A stretch of DNA of 63,533 nucleotides, counting the filler, from Collodictyon triciliatum (taxonomy: Eukaryota), in assembly GCA_043381765.1 (NCBI GenBank). It is 10 parts of 10 records of this genome, joined end to end, with 100 filler letters (N's around TTAATTAATTAA, not from the genome) between each part and the next. Parts side by side here need not be neighbours in the genome. Positions count along the whole stretch, not along the records: positions 25,957 to 32,526 come from JBHJMP010004383.1; positions 32,627 to 39,187 come from JBHJMP010004384.1; positions 39,288 to 45,846 come from JBHJMP010004385.1; positions 45,947 to 52,506 come from JBHJMP010004386.1; 6 more parts are not named here. One strand, given 5' to 3'. The notes below the pieces were generated by a model. That model worked only from the letters and a program-made list of their open reading frames with translations, was not told where the DNA came from and did not search any database. This document shows, piece after piece, positions 32,101 to 50,451 of this stretch. The number at the start of each line of letters is the position of its first letter. The stretch's first letter is position 1. The position numbers were made by a program, and so were the translations under genes.

Positions 32101-32166
32101 AGGATTTGGATCAAAGTATGGGCAGCCGCAGTCAGTCACGACGCAACCGCGGTGTTGAGAGGCCAT
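26181..32166 (-). CDS. Rho GEF/GAP multidomain protein (Cys/His motif, low-complexity linker, IQ, DH, PH, RhoGAP), spans a gap, 3'-partial
   Basis: Exon 1 MASQHRGCVVTDCGCPYFDPNPFAPSKCKCQHYERDH; 1.7-kb S/P/T/Q exon; IFMQSIVRMKNERRKF (IQ-like); RNIQNLFIEEKKYFSEL and TPKDHPDYNDL (DH); KFIREG..LFLFNDRLIL (PH); IGASLETL..IPRVL..GLDSVGLFRLSG (RhoGAP with arginine finger). Confidence 0.85.
31943..32013. repeat. (GACTAAAT)n intronic octamer repeat
   Basis: Direct inspection. Confidence 0.9.
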
Positions 32167-32626
32167 CGGCTTTGAAATAAAATATGTGACACAGCTGCCA
32201 AACTATTGCTAGTCTTCTGTTTTGGGGTATTCAAGTATGTGAGTAACTTCCGCTGCAGAGCTGAAGAAGAAAAGAGAAGGGGACCGTCAATAAAAGCGCC
32301 TAATTCCTGTATGTCGGGAGTTGAAGCGAATGGCAAGGAACGATCGCCGATCTCGCTTGACAACAGTTTTATTGGCGTATGCTGACAGCGATGTGTACTT
32401 ACTTTCTTTTCTTTCCTTTTTCTTTTATTTTTTCTTTTATTTTTTCTTTTATTTTTTCTTTTATTTTTTCTTTTATTTTTTCTTTTATTTTTTCTTTTAT
32501 TTTTTCTTTTATTTTTTCTTTTCTTTNNNNNNNNNNNNNNNNNNNNNNNNNNNNNNNNNNNNNNNNNNNNTTAATTAATTAANNNNNNNNNNNNNNNNNN
32601 NNNNNNNNNNNNNNNNNNNNNNNNNN

Positions 32627-33203
32627 ATCCAGATATGTCAATTTCTAATGACGCGCTGACAATGAGTCTAAAATCTCACCATGTAATGAATAGGGAGATG
32701 CATGTGATATTTTTTTTTTATGCGCAATATTAAAATACAAATATCTCCAGATATATAAATCCTGTATGTTCATGCAATACACCATTTTGTAGCTGATACA
32801 TACATCAATAAAAATAATATTTTAATATCCATAATTGGCATTTTTAATAATGTGCTGACAATGGGTCCAAAATCTCACCATGTGATTATTTGGGAGATGC
32901 ATGTGATATTTTTTTTTATGCGCAATATTAAAATACAAATATCTCTTCATATATAAACCGATATATTTATGAAATATACCATTTTGTAGCTGATACATAC
33001 AGGAATAAAAATATGGAATCATACATGGATATGTAATTTTCTAATGATGCGCTTACAATGGGTTCAAAAATCTCACCATGTGATTATTTGGGAGATGCAT
33101 GTGATATTTATTTTTTTTATGCGCAATATTAAAATACAAATATCTCCAGATATATAAATCCTGTATGTTCATGCAATACACCATTTTGTAGCTGATACAT
33201 ACA
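32627..33203. repeat. About 199-bp tandem repeat, 3 copies, running off the scaffold end
   Basis: AATCTCACCATG..GGGAGATGCATGTGATAT..TATGCGCAATATTAAAATACAAATATCTC..ACCATTTTGTAGCTGATACATAC recurs; the CTCACC anchor lies at 32675, 32874 and 33072. Confidence 0.92.
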
Positions 33204-35186
33204 TCGCGATATTATCTATTTTAACATTTTTCATGCCAGTCTGAATATGTGGTTTAAGGTAAGATTTATTTAGGGATTTGAAGTTGTGCTGGTCTTGTAT
33301 CTTGTGATGTGCAGGCTTCTTGAACAGTGATGAAAGAACTTAAATCTAAAGAGAAACAGAGATTACCTTCCAATTCATCGTCTCTGTTTATGTATGCACA
33401 CACAAGCTGTGAGCCTTAAGGTCTCTGTTTGCTTGCTTGACGGCTGTATATATTTGCGGAGCTTTTTAATTTTTTTAAATGATTTATGACTGGTGAATAT
33501 TCTTTGCCAGAGTGCTTGAGGAACGTTTTATCAACGATGTAAATTTTGAAAAGAGTTTTTTTTTATTCTTGTTTTTATTTTTGTTTTTATTCTTGTTTTT
33601 TATTTTTGTTTTTATTTTTGTTTTTATTTTTGTTTTTATTTTTGTTTTTATTTTTGTTTTTATTTTTATTCTTGTTTTCTTTAATTATTATTATTCAAAA
33701 GGTACCTGAAAAATCTCCAGAAGATTTTTTTTCGGGTTTTTTCTGCGGTATGAAAGTCGATCCGGCAAAGGCATTTTGCTGTCCGGTTAGCGATGTTGGA
33801 ATAAACTCTTACCAAAGTTTCTGTCACTTTCAACGAGGAAGGGAATATATCTGTGAGCCTACAGGCAATTTTTTTTTTCATAATGTAAAGGAATAATTTT
33901 TTTTTCGGTTTTTTTTCTTTCCAAGTTGTACAAGAATAATATTCCATCAGACAGGATTGCAGGAGTCTTCCTTACGCGGTGTTATTAGAGACTTGCTGGA
34001 CTTATTTGAAAGTCGGGATTTCTCTATAATATTATATAAACTATGAGAAGCGGCTAAAGCTTGCAAAAGCTTTCGATGAATCACGACTTGCGCTTTCCAT
34101 TAGACACGGGCGGTTTTAATTAAATATATACTAATTATTCAATATATATATAAACTCCAGATGTGCACTTCATAACGGTAAGAATGTAACGGAAATCATT
34201 CTTTGATTCTATTGTCTTGCTAGAAATGCTACAATAAAGTATGTAGATATTAATAACATGTTATGAAATAAAGATATGTATTCACTTATGATAAGACAGG
34301 ATTGAATGTAATATTCATGCACATGTCATTCTATCAAAAGACTGGTTTAAATTAGTAGAAGGTGAATTTAAATTAATTATGTTTTGAATTCCAGATATGT
34401 CTTTACCACCTGCAAACATAACTGAAAATAGATACTTTATTAAGATCTGTTGTGAGAAATAGTCTTGAAAAAACAAAGGATATATTCATAATATGTCATA
34501 AAATAAGATTATGAAGGCATTTATCGCACGAAAGTATATATCTCTACATAAATGCTCAGATTGTCATAAGAAAAGGACCAAATGAATAAGCAAATAGCGA
34601 ATTTCAATTAAATTATTTTAGATTCCATATTTGGGTTTTGTACAGAAAAACATGAACAATGACAAAAAAAATTTTTTTTATAGTTTTCGGGATGCATATT
34701 ACATTATTATTATTATTATTATTATATAGATAATTTATTGATGTATAATCGTACGAGAAAACATCAAAATATGTCTTTATATATCATTTTTTAAAGGGAT
34801 CAAGAATAGTTTTTTCAAAATTTTTTTTGGAGATGTATTGTTAAAATGAATAAATAGATTGGATGAATTAAGTAAATATTAATTATTTTTTTCATAAAAT
34901 TTTATTCTCTAATGATTTAATTCAATATATTTTATATATATTTATTAAAGTTCGAGTATAAAATTTTGAATGGAATAGACTAGGGAGGAAAAACAAAAAA
35001 CAAAACAAAATAGTTGGAGCATATGAATTGAGTTTGATATTCTGGGTCTTACAAATCGATAAATTAATTAATAGATGCGATGCTTTTTCATAGATTTAAG
35101 GGAGAGATAGAGATAGAGATAGAGAAACGCCATTTTTTTTAAAATACTAATTACTATCGTTGGTGTTTTTTTTTTTGATACACTGA

Positions 35187-35372
35187 TACTTTCAGAAAAA
35201 ATTTTGAACAAGTTTCTTATTTTTATTTTTTTTTACTCTCGTTAGTAATGGTTTATATACACGAATATTTTCAGAAAAAAATTTTTGAACATGGTTTTTA
35301 TTTTTGTTACTCTCGTTAGTAATGGTTTATATACACGAATAATTTCAGGAAAAAAATTTTGACCAGGTTTTT

Positions 35373-35426
<54 letters not shown>

Positions 35427-35662
35427 CTCGTTAGTAATGGTTTATATACGCGAATACTTTGAGAAAAAAAAATTTTGAACAGGTTTTTTATTTTTTATTT
35501 TTTTTTACTCTCGTTAGTAATGGTTTATATACGCGAATACTTTGAGAAAAAAAATTTTGAACAGGTTTTTTTTTATTTTTGTTATTCTCGTTAGTAATGG
35601 TTTATATACACGAATAATTTCAGGAAAAAAATTTTTGAACAGGTTTCGTATTTTTGTTACTA
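35187..35662. repeat. Minisatellite with 5 full copies of a conserved core separated by variable-length T tracts
   Basis: Core TTACTCTCGTTAGTAATGGTTTATATACRCGAATA plus GAAAAAAATTTTGAACAGG at about 35233, 35307, 35422, 35505 and 35582; period 74-115 nt. Confidence 0.92.
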
Positions 35663-36578
35663 TTTTTCAATTTTTTCATGTATGAATTAGATATATATTA
35701 ATTTTTGGGTATTTTTCGAAGTTCAAAGATAATAAATATTTTATTACAAGAAATCGTTTAGGTTTATGTATCTTACACTAATTGAAGGTCATATTTGTAA
35801 ATCACAGAAAGATACATTTTGTTTGATTCAAAAACTATTTCATGTTTTTTTTTTCTGTATAATATAAGCGAGTCAACAAAATGCTTTTAGTATCACTCCA
35901 TCCAAAAAGCACTGTTTTATTGAATAGTGGTGAAAAAAATTGTAATTTTTCAATAATGGAAATAATTTTTTTCAAGAATGAAAATTATGTATAATTTCCT
36001 GTTATACTTTCGTTTTTTTTTTACATGCTTTTTTCCAAAGTATTATCAAAAATAATATCTGTCCAAATAGACTTGAAAACGACAACCTTGTATAGCTCTT
36101 GTGGGAATCGGGTTGATTTCAGGTTTTTTTTTTTCCGGTGGTTATGGATAAAGTATAATGAGTGACCTCAAATCCAATGTTACTGGCTGTATGATTTATA
36201 AACATATCTCCATTTTTGAGCCAGATTTTATATATATTTTTTTTGTCAAGAAGTGCAAATTTTCTGAAAAAAATTGGCTTTTTTTTTTTGGCTCGATGTT
36301 ATTTTCATCTGAATTTTATATATATATTGTAATCGAATTCTTTCTGTTATTATAATTATCCGTACTATTTGATTAGTTTTTTTGAAGCTTTTCTTTGTTC
36401 CTCTACTTTTGAATGCTATTTATTTTTGAAAATAAGTCACGTAAATAGTATAATAAAAAAAATGGACGTCACGTTAAGCTATATGTTTGGGTATATAGAA
36501 AATGAAAAGGGAAGTCAAGTGAGAAATTTTCAACCTAACCCGAAAATTCTCTGTCACTTCTAATACTCGCAGTACATG

Positions 36579-36663
36579 GCCCCGCCGGCCGGCATTAGTA
36601 AATTGGGATGAACCTGGGATGAACCGTTCATCTCGCTTCAAATTTTTGACCGGCCGGCAGGGC
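36579..36663. repeat. GC-rich inverted repeat (14-bp arms) enclosing GGGATGAACC direct repeats
   Basis: GCCCCGCCGGCCGG (36579-36592) pairs with CCGGCCGGCAGGGC (36650-36663) at 13 of 14 positions; GGGATGAACC at 36605 and 36616. Confidence 0.8.
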
Positions 36664-37295
36664 TTTGTTCATCCTAAGCATTTTTTAATTTATTCAAAGA
36701 ATACACTGTGAAACTAATATTTCTATTTTGATAATTTCTTTCTTTTTTGAGATGAACCTGGTTTTTTTTTCAATTAAATAACTGCAGCGACACATTTTAG
36801 ACTGCAGCGACTTGTAATAGGTTTATTTTTATTTTTATTTTTATTTTTATTTTTATTTTTATTTTCAATATTATTACGCTATGTTACACCACTTTTATTT
36901 TTTATATTGATTGATTGTATATATTTTTCTATGGTGTTTTGTACACTTCAAAGTTGTGTCTGCTACTTTCAATTGCTTTCTATCATGTGAATATAATACT
37001 CGCCTCTCTTTACGGCTTAAGTTTGTTGGTCTTTGAATCGTATAAATAATAAAAGAAAGATATTTTGTAATCGATTGGCTGGTTCTTTTTTTTTGATGTG
37101 TTTCCCTTTTTTTCTTTTATTATTTGTTAAAGTTTTTTTTTTGACGTATGGTATGAATTATTTTATATTTTATCACATTCATTTTCCTTATATTAAACTG
37201 CTCTCTATTTTACTATTATTATTATTCCTTCATTTCATGATTTTACCATATTATTATTTTATGATGTACTATTTTTTTCATGTCATTTGAATTTC

Positions 37296-37349
<54 letters not shown>

Positions 37350-39040
37350 TTTTACCTTTTTCAGCCATTTTATTTAAGTTGAAGCTTGCAGCATAATGAA
37401 TTTTTATCTGTTAGTTATGGAGATTATGCTATAACATTAAGGGATTTCAATTCGATTTCCATATGTTTTATACATTTCTATATTTTAGACAGATAATTTT
37501 TTTTTTTATGTTATACTAGTACACGTGAACTTGTTTTTGTTTTTTTTTTAATTTTTTTCATTTGTGTGAGACGGACGAGGTTTTTTTTTTGGTGGTCTTT
37601 ATTTTCACGGATTCTATTTGATGACTGGGCAGTAGAGAAGTAATTTGTGTTATTAAGATTTGCATCCTGTAATTTTATCTATAGCCTGATTCTTGCTTGC
37701 TTGCTTTGCTTGCTTGCATGAAGTGACAAAGCGAGATATTTTTTTCTCATCATCTACAAGTCGAGATAAATGATATTGAATTAGTTTTTGACATATTTAG
37801 TACAACACTGATTTTCTATAAATTTTTTTTGAAAGGTACAAGGTATTTTGAGCTTCTCTTTTAAATTGGATTATTCAATTTTTTGTAAGGAAAAAGGAAT
37901 CCGGGCACATTTTTATTTTACTGGAGTTATATTTCTTGTTGTTTAGATATGAAAAATATGGTATTCTGGTTTATTTCCACACATATAGCTTTTAATAAAT
38001 AAATAAATGTATGTATATATTTATTTGTTCATTAATATGCAGATAAATTTTTTTGAGCATATACTTTTGATGAATAATCTATATTGTTAAATATGGTCAA
38101 AAATGGAATTTATAAAATTTTACATTTCATGGGAGCAATTTTTTTCGTTTATATGCAGTTCATCTCAATGATTTGTTTATAAATATTATGTGATAAAATT
38201 TTATTTCGGAGCATTTTTTTATTATTATAATATCCAATCCAATCCCATTTCATAAATGGAAATCAAAATTAATTTTATTTGTGGATTTTACTAACTTTCT
38301 TTTTTTTTAAAAAAAATAGAAAAATTGTCGAGTAATTTCTTCTATAATCGAAAAATTAGCACGTGTTCTCTTTTTTATTTTCTTCTTGTTCTTTTTATTC
38401 ATGTGACAGGAGATTGATATCTATAAAAGGGAAAATTGTTCAAATATAACAATCTTAGTTTAGGGGTTTATAAATGTGAATCCGGGTATATCAAAGGATG
38501 AAATCTTGGGGACACACATTGAGAACTGGTAAGCTTTTTTTTTCCTTTTTTAAAAGAAATTCAAATTTCAATAATCTTAAAACAATCAAGACATCACATG
38601 GACAAAGAAAAGGACAAGGACAAGGACAAAGACAAGATAAGATGGAGAAGAAAGGAGATAAGAGAAAAACTCTATCACGATACAATCACAAGAGATTTGA
38701 GTGCCCTGGATTTTTATTTCATCTAATGGAGATGAACGAATCAAATCTGATTCATTTGGTATTTTTTTTTAAAAAAATTATTAAAATTTAATGAAATTGG
38801 TTATATAAAACATTGTCATTGTTACGATTCTATTGATTATATATACAATATAAAATAAATACTATAGTGTTCATATGTACCGGTGGTAAAAATTTTTTTA
38901 ATGGATTTCTTTAAACCTTTTTTTAAATCATATTGAAAGAGATGAAAGTTTTATACAAATAATTATAATAACCTATGCACAAGTTTTAATTTTATATTGA
39001 TGAAGTTGCAATTTAATTTCAATATTATAGGATACGTGTG

Positions 39041-39088
<48 letters not shown>

Positions 39089-40179
39089 GTTTTGTTTTGT
39101 TTTGTTTTGTTTTGTTTTGTTTTGTTTTGTTTTGTTTTGTTTTGTTTTGTTTTGTTTTGTTTTGTTTTGTTTTGTTTTGTTTTGTTTNNNNNNNNNNNNN
39201 NNNNNNNNNNNNNNNNNNNNNNNNNNNNNNNTTAATTAATTAANNNNNNNNNNNNNNNNNNNNNNNNNNNNNNNNNNNNNNNNNNNNAACAATAAAATAA
39301 CAATAAAATAACAATAAAATAACAATAAAATAACAATAAAATAACAATAAAATAACAATAAAATAACAATAAAATAACAATAAAATAACAAAAAAAATGA
39401 TGGGGGCCTACTGGTTTGCTGTGAATGCATCGATTGATTGGTACGCGTGGGCCGAATAAGGTTGAAAGACAAGCGAGGTGTTTGTCTGGAAAGAGACGTC
39501 CGCATCACCTTCGCGTGAGTCAAACGTCAGTGGATCGGACTGGCCGGTGGAGCTCATCCTTCGCTCCTGAGAATAAAAGAGAAAATAAAAAAAAAGGAAT
39601 GAAAACAAACAAACAAAACAAACGAAAGTTGTAATAAATCTACTCAAACGCGGAGCTGTGATCACGATTGTGAAAGTCAACCTTCAAATATTTGATTAAC
39701 ATCCCAAAACCAAAAAACCAAAAACCAATAAAAAACCAATAAAAAAACCAATAAAANNNNNNNNNNNNNNNNNNNNNNNNNNAAACCAATAAAAAAAACC
39801 AATAAAAAAAACCAATAAAAAAACCAATAAAAACCCAATAAAAAAACCAATAAAAACGGCAGCCAAAACATGGAGTGGTCGAGTTACGAGGACTTTTAGC
39901 TTCTGCCTCAATCGAATGCCAGTCACATACCTTCGCGATATGAACCCGCTCACCACTTTCAACTCTCCCTCGAGTTTTGTTCCACCCTGTCCACTCTCAA
40001 GACGCTGGCCAAACGTGCTTTCATCCCAAAATCCGTGCCTCATTTACGTCTCTTTTCCCGTCTTCTTTTTTTTCACGGCGGCAAAGGAACAAGCAGGGAT
40101 CGTTTGCATCTGACGCGGTAGGTTTGTCCCTTGCATGATTTCCAGAAGCGGACAAGGCTGGGGACGTTCGTGTATTCAG

Positions 40180-45330
<5,151 letters not shown>

Positions 45331-45689
45331 ACGCCCTGAGTGGGCCGATAAAATGCAAGTCCAAGCAAAGCGACTGAGACGTACGTTTTTGTGGGGGATA
45401 AAGACAGACATTTCATATCATCCGAATGCTTTAGAGAATAAACAAATGAACAATTCAACAATTCAACAATTCAACAAATCAACAAATCAACAAATCAACA
45501 AATCAACAAATCAACAAATCAACAAATCAACAAGTCAATAAATCAACAAATTGGAAAGAAATGAAAAAGATAAAAAAAAGATAAAAAAAGATAAAAAAAG
45601 ATAAAAAAAGATAAAAAAGATAAAAAAAGATAAAAAAAGATAAAAAAAGATAAAAAAAGAAAAAAAAAGATAAAAAAAGAAAAAAAAAG

Positions 45690-45744
<55 letters not shown>

Positions 45745-45946
45745 TAAAAAAGAAAAAAAAAATAAAAAAGATAAAAAAGATAAAAAAAGATAAAAAAGAT
45801 AAAAAAGATAAAAAAAGATTAAAAAAGATAAAAAAAAGATAAAAAANNNNNNNNNNNNNNNNNNNNNNNNNNNNNNNNNNNNNNNNNNNNTTAATTAATT
45901 AANNNNNNNNNNNNNNNNNNNNNNNNNNNNNNNNNNNNNNNNNNNN

Positions 45947-46010
<64 letters not shown>

Positions 46011-46081
46011 CTCTCCTTTATTCGATTCAAAGGGACGGTTTATGAAAGTATATTTAATAAGAAAGCAAAACTAAAAGGAAC

Positions 46082-46861
46082 CTTAAAATGAGATGCAATG
46101 TCCTGGATTATGATTCGCCTCATTTCTGGTGACAGTGTTTCAAGCTTGTTCGCAAAATCATAATCTGATATGCATCCCTCCAACAGTTCCTGATTGGTTG
46201 CAATTCATCGGTTACAATCGAAATATGTTTGCGCAAGGAATGTCTCACATTACTTGCATGAATGGAGCGCCAAGTGCTAAAGCAGAGACCAATAAATCAA
46301 TCAAGATGAACCTGAATCATCATGGCTGCTGGTGAATTTTCATCCTTGTGGGTTCTGTAGCCTGACGCACTAATTGGTCGCTGATTTTTGGAGGTTTTTA
46401 CATCTAACCAACTCGTTCTATTTTGAAGCGGTGCCATATTTGGTTGAGATGAAAGAGACGCGTTCGTGGCCAGATATATTACATGGCATTTATAGGTAAC
46501 ATTTAAGTGCGAATTTAAATAATATTTTGAAAAGGAGGAGTTTGAGGGTACTTTCTTGCTGACTGCCGATCCATGGAGGCCTTTATTCATATGGAGAATA
46601 ATGAAAAAAAGGTGCATTCAATAAACATTTATACTCGTCCACTTCTCAATATTTGATGTGGTGGATAAACTGACATTGGCTGTAATTGTTTGAATAAAGC
46701 ATTTACCCGTCGACTGCGAGGGAGATTTTCAATTATTATTGCTTGCCGGTCACTATCTAAACTCGTTTCATCTGAAGCAATCGAGCGGTCATGCGCTTCG
46801 TCATCTATATCTGATTGAAATCATTAACATAAAGATATGGAGAAGCGTACTTATCTCTTTT

Positions 46862-46892
<31 letters not shown>

Positions 46893-47443
46893 TAAAGTTT
46901 TTGTTGTTTTTGCCTTACAAAGGGGGGGNNNNNNNNNNNNNNNNNNNNNNNNNNNNNNNNNNNNNNNNNNNNNNNNNNNNNNNNNNNNNNNNNNNNNNNN
47001 NNNNNNNNNNNNNNNNNNNNNNNNNNNNNNNNNNNNNNNNNNNNNNNNNNNNNNNNNNNNNNNNNNNNNNNNNNNNNNNNNNNNNNNNNNNNNNNNNNNN
47101 NNNNNNNNNNNNNNNNNNNNNNNNNNNNNNNNNNNNNNNNNNNNNNNNNNNNNNNNNNNNNNNNNNNNNNNNNNNNNNNNNNNNNNNNNNNNNNNNNNNN
47201 NNNNNNNNNNNNNNNNNNNNNNNNNNNNNNNNNNNNNNNNNNNNNNNNNNNNNNNNNNNNNNNNNNNNNNNNNNNNNNNNNNNNNNNNNNNNNNNNNNNN
47301 NNNNNNNNNNNNNNNNNNNNNNNNNNNNNNNNNNNNNNNNNNNNNNNNNNNNNNNNNNNNNNNNNNNNNNNNNNNNNNNNNNNNNNNNNNNNNNNNNNNN
47401 NNNNNNNNNNNNNNNNNNNNNNNNNNNNNNNNNNNNNNNNNNN

Positions 47444-47493
<50 letters not shown>

Positions 47494-49522
47494 GTAAATA
47501 TTGAATAAACCAAATGGTTAAAGGGAGGGCGATTAAGAACATCACATATTGCGAAAAACCTCTCTCTGCACCAGACACAACAACGGACGGATATTTCTAC
47601 AACATATAGAAAAATGGATTGGTATTTCAGTAGACTGTTTGTTTGTTTGTTTGTTTGTTTGTTTGTTTGTTTGTTTGTTTGTTTGTTTGTTTGTTTGTTT
47701 GTTTGTTTGTTTGTTTGTTTGTTTGTTTGTTTGTTTGTTTGCATATACCTATACATGCACTTCAAAGAAAATAAATAAATAAAATATAACGTTTCAAATA
47801 TTTAGTACGTTAAGAACACTGGCTGATCCAGTGCGAGAAGGTGTTAATGGCCGAATTCCCGTCCCGTTGAGCGATAATGTATCTGCAGACACGCGTTTAA
47901 TTGAAGGGGGCGTTGGGGTAGAATATGGAGGTGTTCGGATAATGAGCGAGGCAGCTGCATCCGGAGTTGACAATGATCTTTGATGACTGCTGTTATAACC
48001 CCAGCCAGAAACTGTAATCAGTGCTGTTCTCTATTTAAAACACAATAAAATTAAAATAAAGACAGAGAGCATGGGTAGTATTGTATTATCATGTATTCAG
48101 CGGCGTGAAACTAAACAAGCAGAAAATGCTTCTTTTTTTTTATTCTTCCTATCAATTTTGTGCAGGATGGTGGAAATGCTGGCTTTGATTCGCTAGCCGT
48201 CGAAACAAACAGAAAATGCTATTATTATTACCTCTGCTATCGATGCTCTACCTTGATGGTCGGTTTTCTTTGTGCTCTTGATAGAGTTACTTCTTTCATT
48301 ATGCACAAAGCTTTCATTTGAAGGCTTAACATGATAAATTAGTATTTTTGCTAGGATTCCATACTTCAGGAATATATAGTTTGGGGGGGGGGGGGAAGAA
48401 GCAAGTTCCGTACTTCGAAATGTATATACTTTTAAAAAAAAATATGGCCAACAATTTGCCCAGAAATCATATAAACCGCATAAGTTTTCGTATGTAAGCG
48501 ACTGGTTTTAAATGGTGAATGTTTTATCCATTAAAATCGTAAAGATGCATAATATTTAGACTGACATAATGGCGGACTTCTGCATGAGGTGAGCTACGAT
48601 GATTCTCGTCTTCCCTTGAGCGTGTGTAATCATCTCGAACTACCTAAAATTATTTACATTTAAACAGACAAAATCTTCATGATACCAATAGAGAAATCTT
48701 CAGTAATAACGTGATAAGGAATATTCACTTTTTTCCTATCAGAGTGTATTGACGGAGTTCTTTTTGAAGAGTGTCGAACAACATCGTCGGATAGATTAAG
48801 ATGGAATATGCTAGTGGCCCCATCTGATATGTATTCATAGATAATTAGCTGTGGCCCGTGGAGGAAGTAGGCGGATTGAGGTATGAAGTTAGGGGTATTA
48901 AGCGCATATAATTGGTATATCTATTTGTCATATAACTAGAGCTCCTTATAAGCTTAATTTGATTTTATGAGTCCAAAATATATAGTCTTATTTGGACTCA
49001 AATTTACGCAAGAGTAAGAAGAATATGTATGGCATGTTATACTATCTAAGTATATATCCCACTATAAATTATAATCTTGTTATGTTTTATTTTTAGGGAG
49101 GAAATCCACGCATAATGGTACCATAACGCTTCGTACTTTTGCAATGGCAGTTAAAAAAAAAAACGAAAGAGATCCGTGCACAAAGTATGAACAGGAACAA
49201 CGTAAGAAAATATTCCTATTCGGCGTGCAAATACTGGGCTACACAGAGAAAAGGAATCTGAAGAAGTCTTGCGCAGAAACAAAGGACTTACGATTAGAGG
49301 GCTGATCCATGAAGCTCGCACAAAAGAAAAAGTAGGGCACTGCGAATGCTTTGCTCTGCATATGAAAAGAGATTGTATGTCAGACACATTATGGTGATGA
49401 GAATGGTCACGAAGACAAGATGAGTTTGTCATGAGCCATGGACGAGTCGCCGATCCTTTCGCGATGAGTTTCACTCAAGGAAGGGCCCAACAAACGGAGC
49501 ATAGGTAATTGGTGCATTCAAA

Positions 49523-49589
<67 letters not shown>

Positions 49590-50200
49590 ACCCCCAAGTG
49601 AACATCCTCTGCCTTATTGCTTATGACTCTGAAATCATATTTACTCTCCTCTCTCTCTTTCAATCTTATTCGTTTACCAACTGCTTCGCGTATAGAAATA
49701 ACCCCGACACAAAGTCCTTGCTTTGGTCTCTCAACAAGTGTGAAGCAGACTTGGCTTCTTTGCCAAAATATATATATACAAACAAATAAATGCCGTCTTT
49801 TCTTTGCTGTGTGTTTGAAGGAGAATCATCGAGGCTGCTTTCAACGAGGTTTTGCTTATTTGGAAGAAACAAAAGCGTCTGTCTACTTTGTAACGCATCG
49901 ACATACTCAATCCGGCCTCTTGGAATGGGGCCAATGGCCTTCTGCTTCCTTCTTCCAGAGGCCTGCTGTTCTGCGCAAGCTCCTCGGGTGGAATGCATAA
50001 CGATAGTGGTAATGATAGTAAAGAATAATATATATTTAAATAATACTAATAATCCACGAGATAACGCATTTGTGCTACTCACCCGACAGAATCATTCGCC
50101 TCACAGACACCATTGTTTGCGCTTTCGGCTTCTTCGCCAGCCGGTTTTCGATGCCGTCAGTGCCCAAAGCGCCAAGGCGTTGGTTGATCGGAGGCCCTAA
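46082..50200 (-). CDS. Hypothetical multi-exon protein, spans a gap, ends uncertain
   Basis: GC-richer blocks with splice-like borders (for example 48825-48729 joined to 48643, and 46189-46082 ELLEGCISDYDFANKLETLSPEMRRIIIQDIASHFK). No family recognised. Confidence 0.45.
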
Positions 50201-50451
50201 TATGGATAAAGAGATCATTTTCAGTGAATTTCCTCGTAAATGGAGATTGTTGGAAACTCCTGTTCTTTCCGGGCGGGAAAATTAACATCTCTTGTCGACA
50301 ACAAAACCCACAAGCGTCTTTCATCGTCTATCGGTGGGCGCGAGTTGCGCCACGATTTTTAGATGATGTCATGTTTCTTTCACCAGATTTAAGATTACAT
50401 AATCTTAATCCGATTAGGACGAGAGATGGAGCCGCACCGAGGGGCAGTTCG

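Noticed and set aside
34298-34386. HUH-like motif NIHAHVIL (Helitron/Rep)
   Set aside because: It lies in a frame of under 30 codons with no other Rep or helicase motif; compatible with chance.
35187-35662. CRISPR array
   Set aside because: The intervening sequences are near-identical apart from T-run length, there are no cas genes, and the context is eukaryotic.
39410-40043. Possible 5' exons of another minus-strand gene
   Set aside because: An exon-like block at about 39567-39410 exists, but the start, frame linkage and homology cannot be supported.
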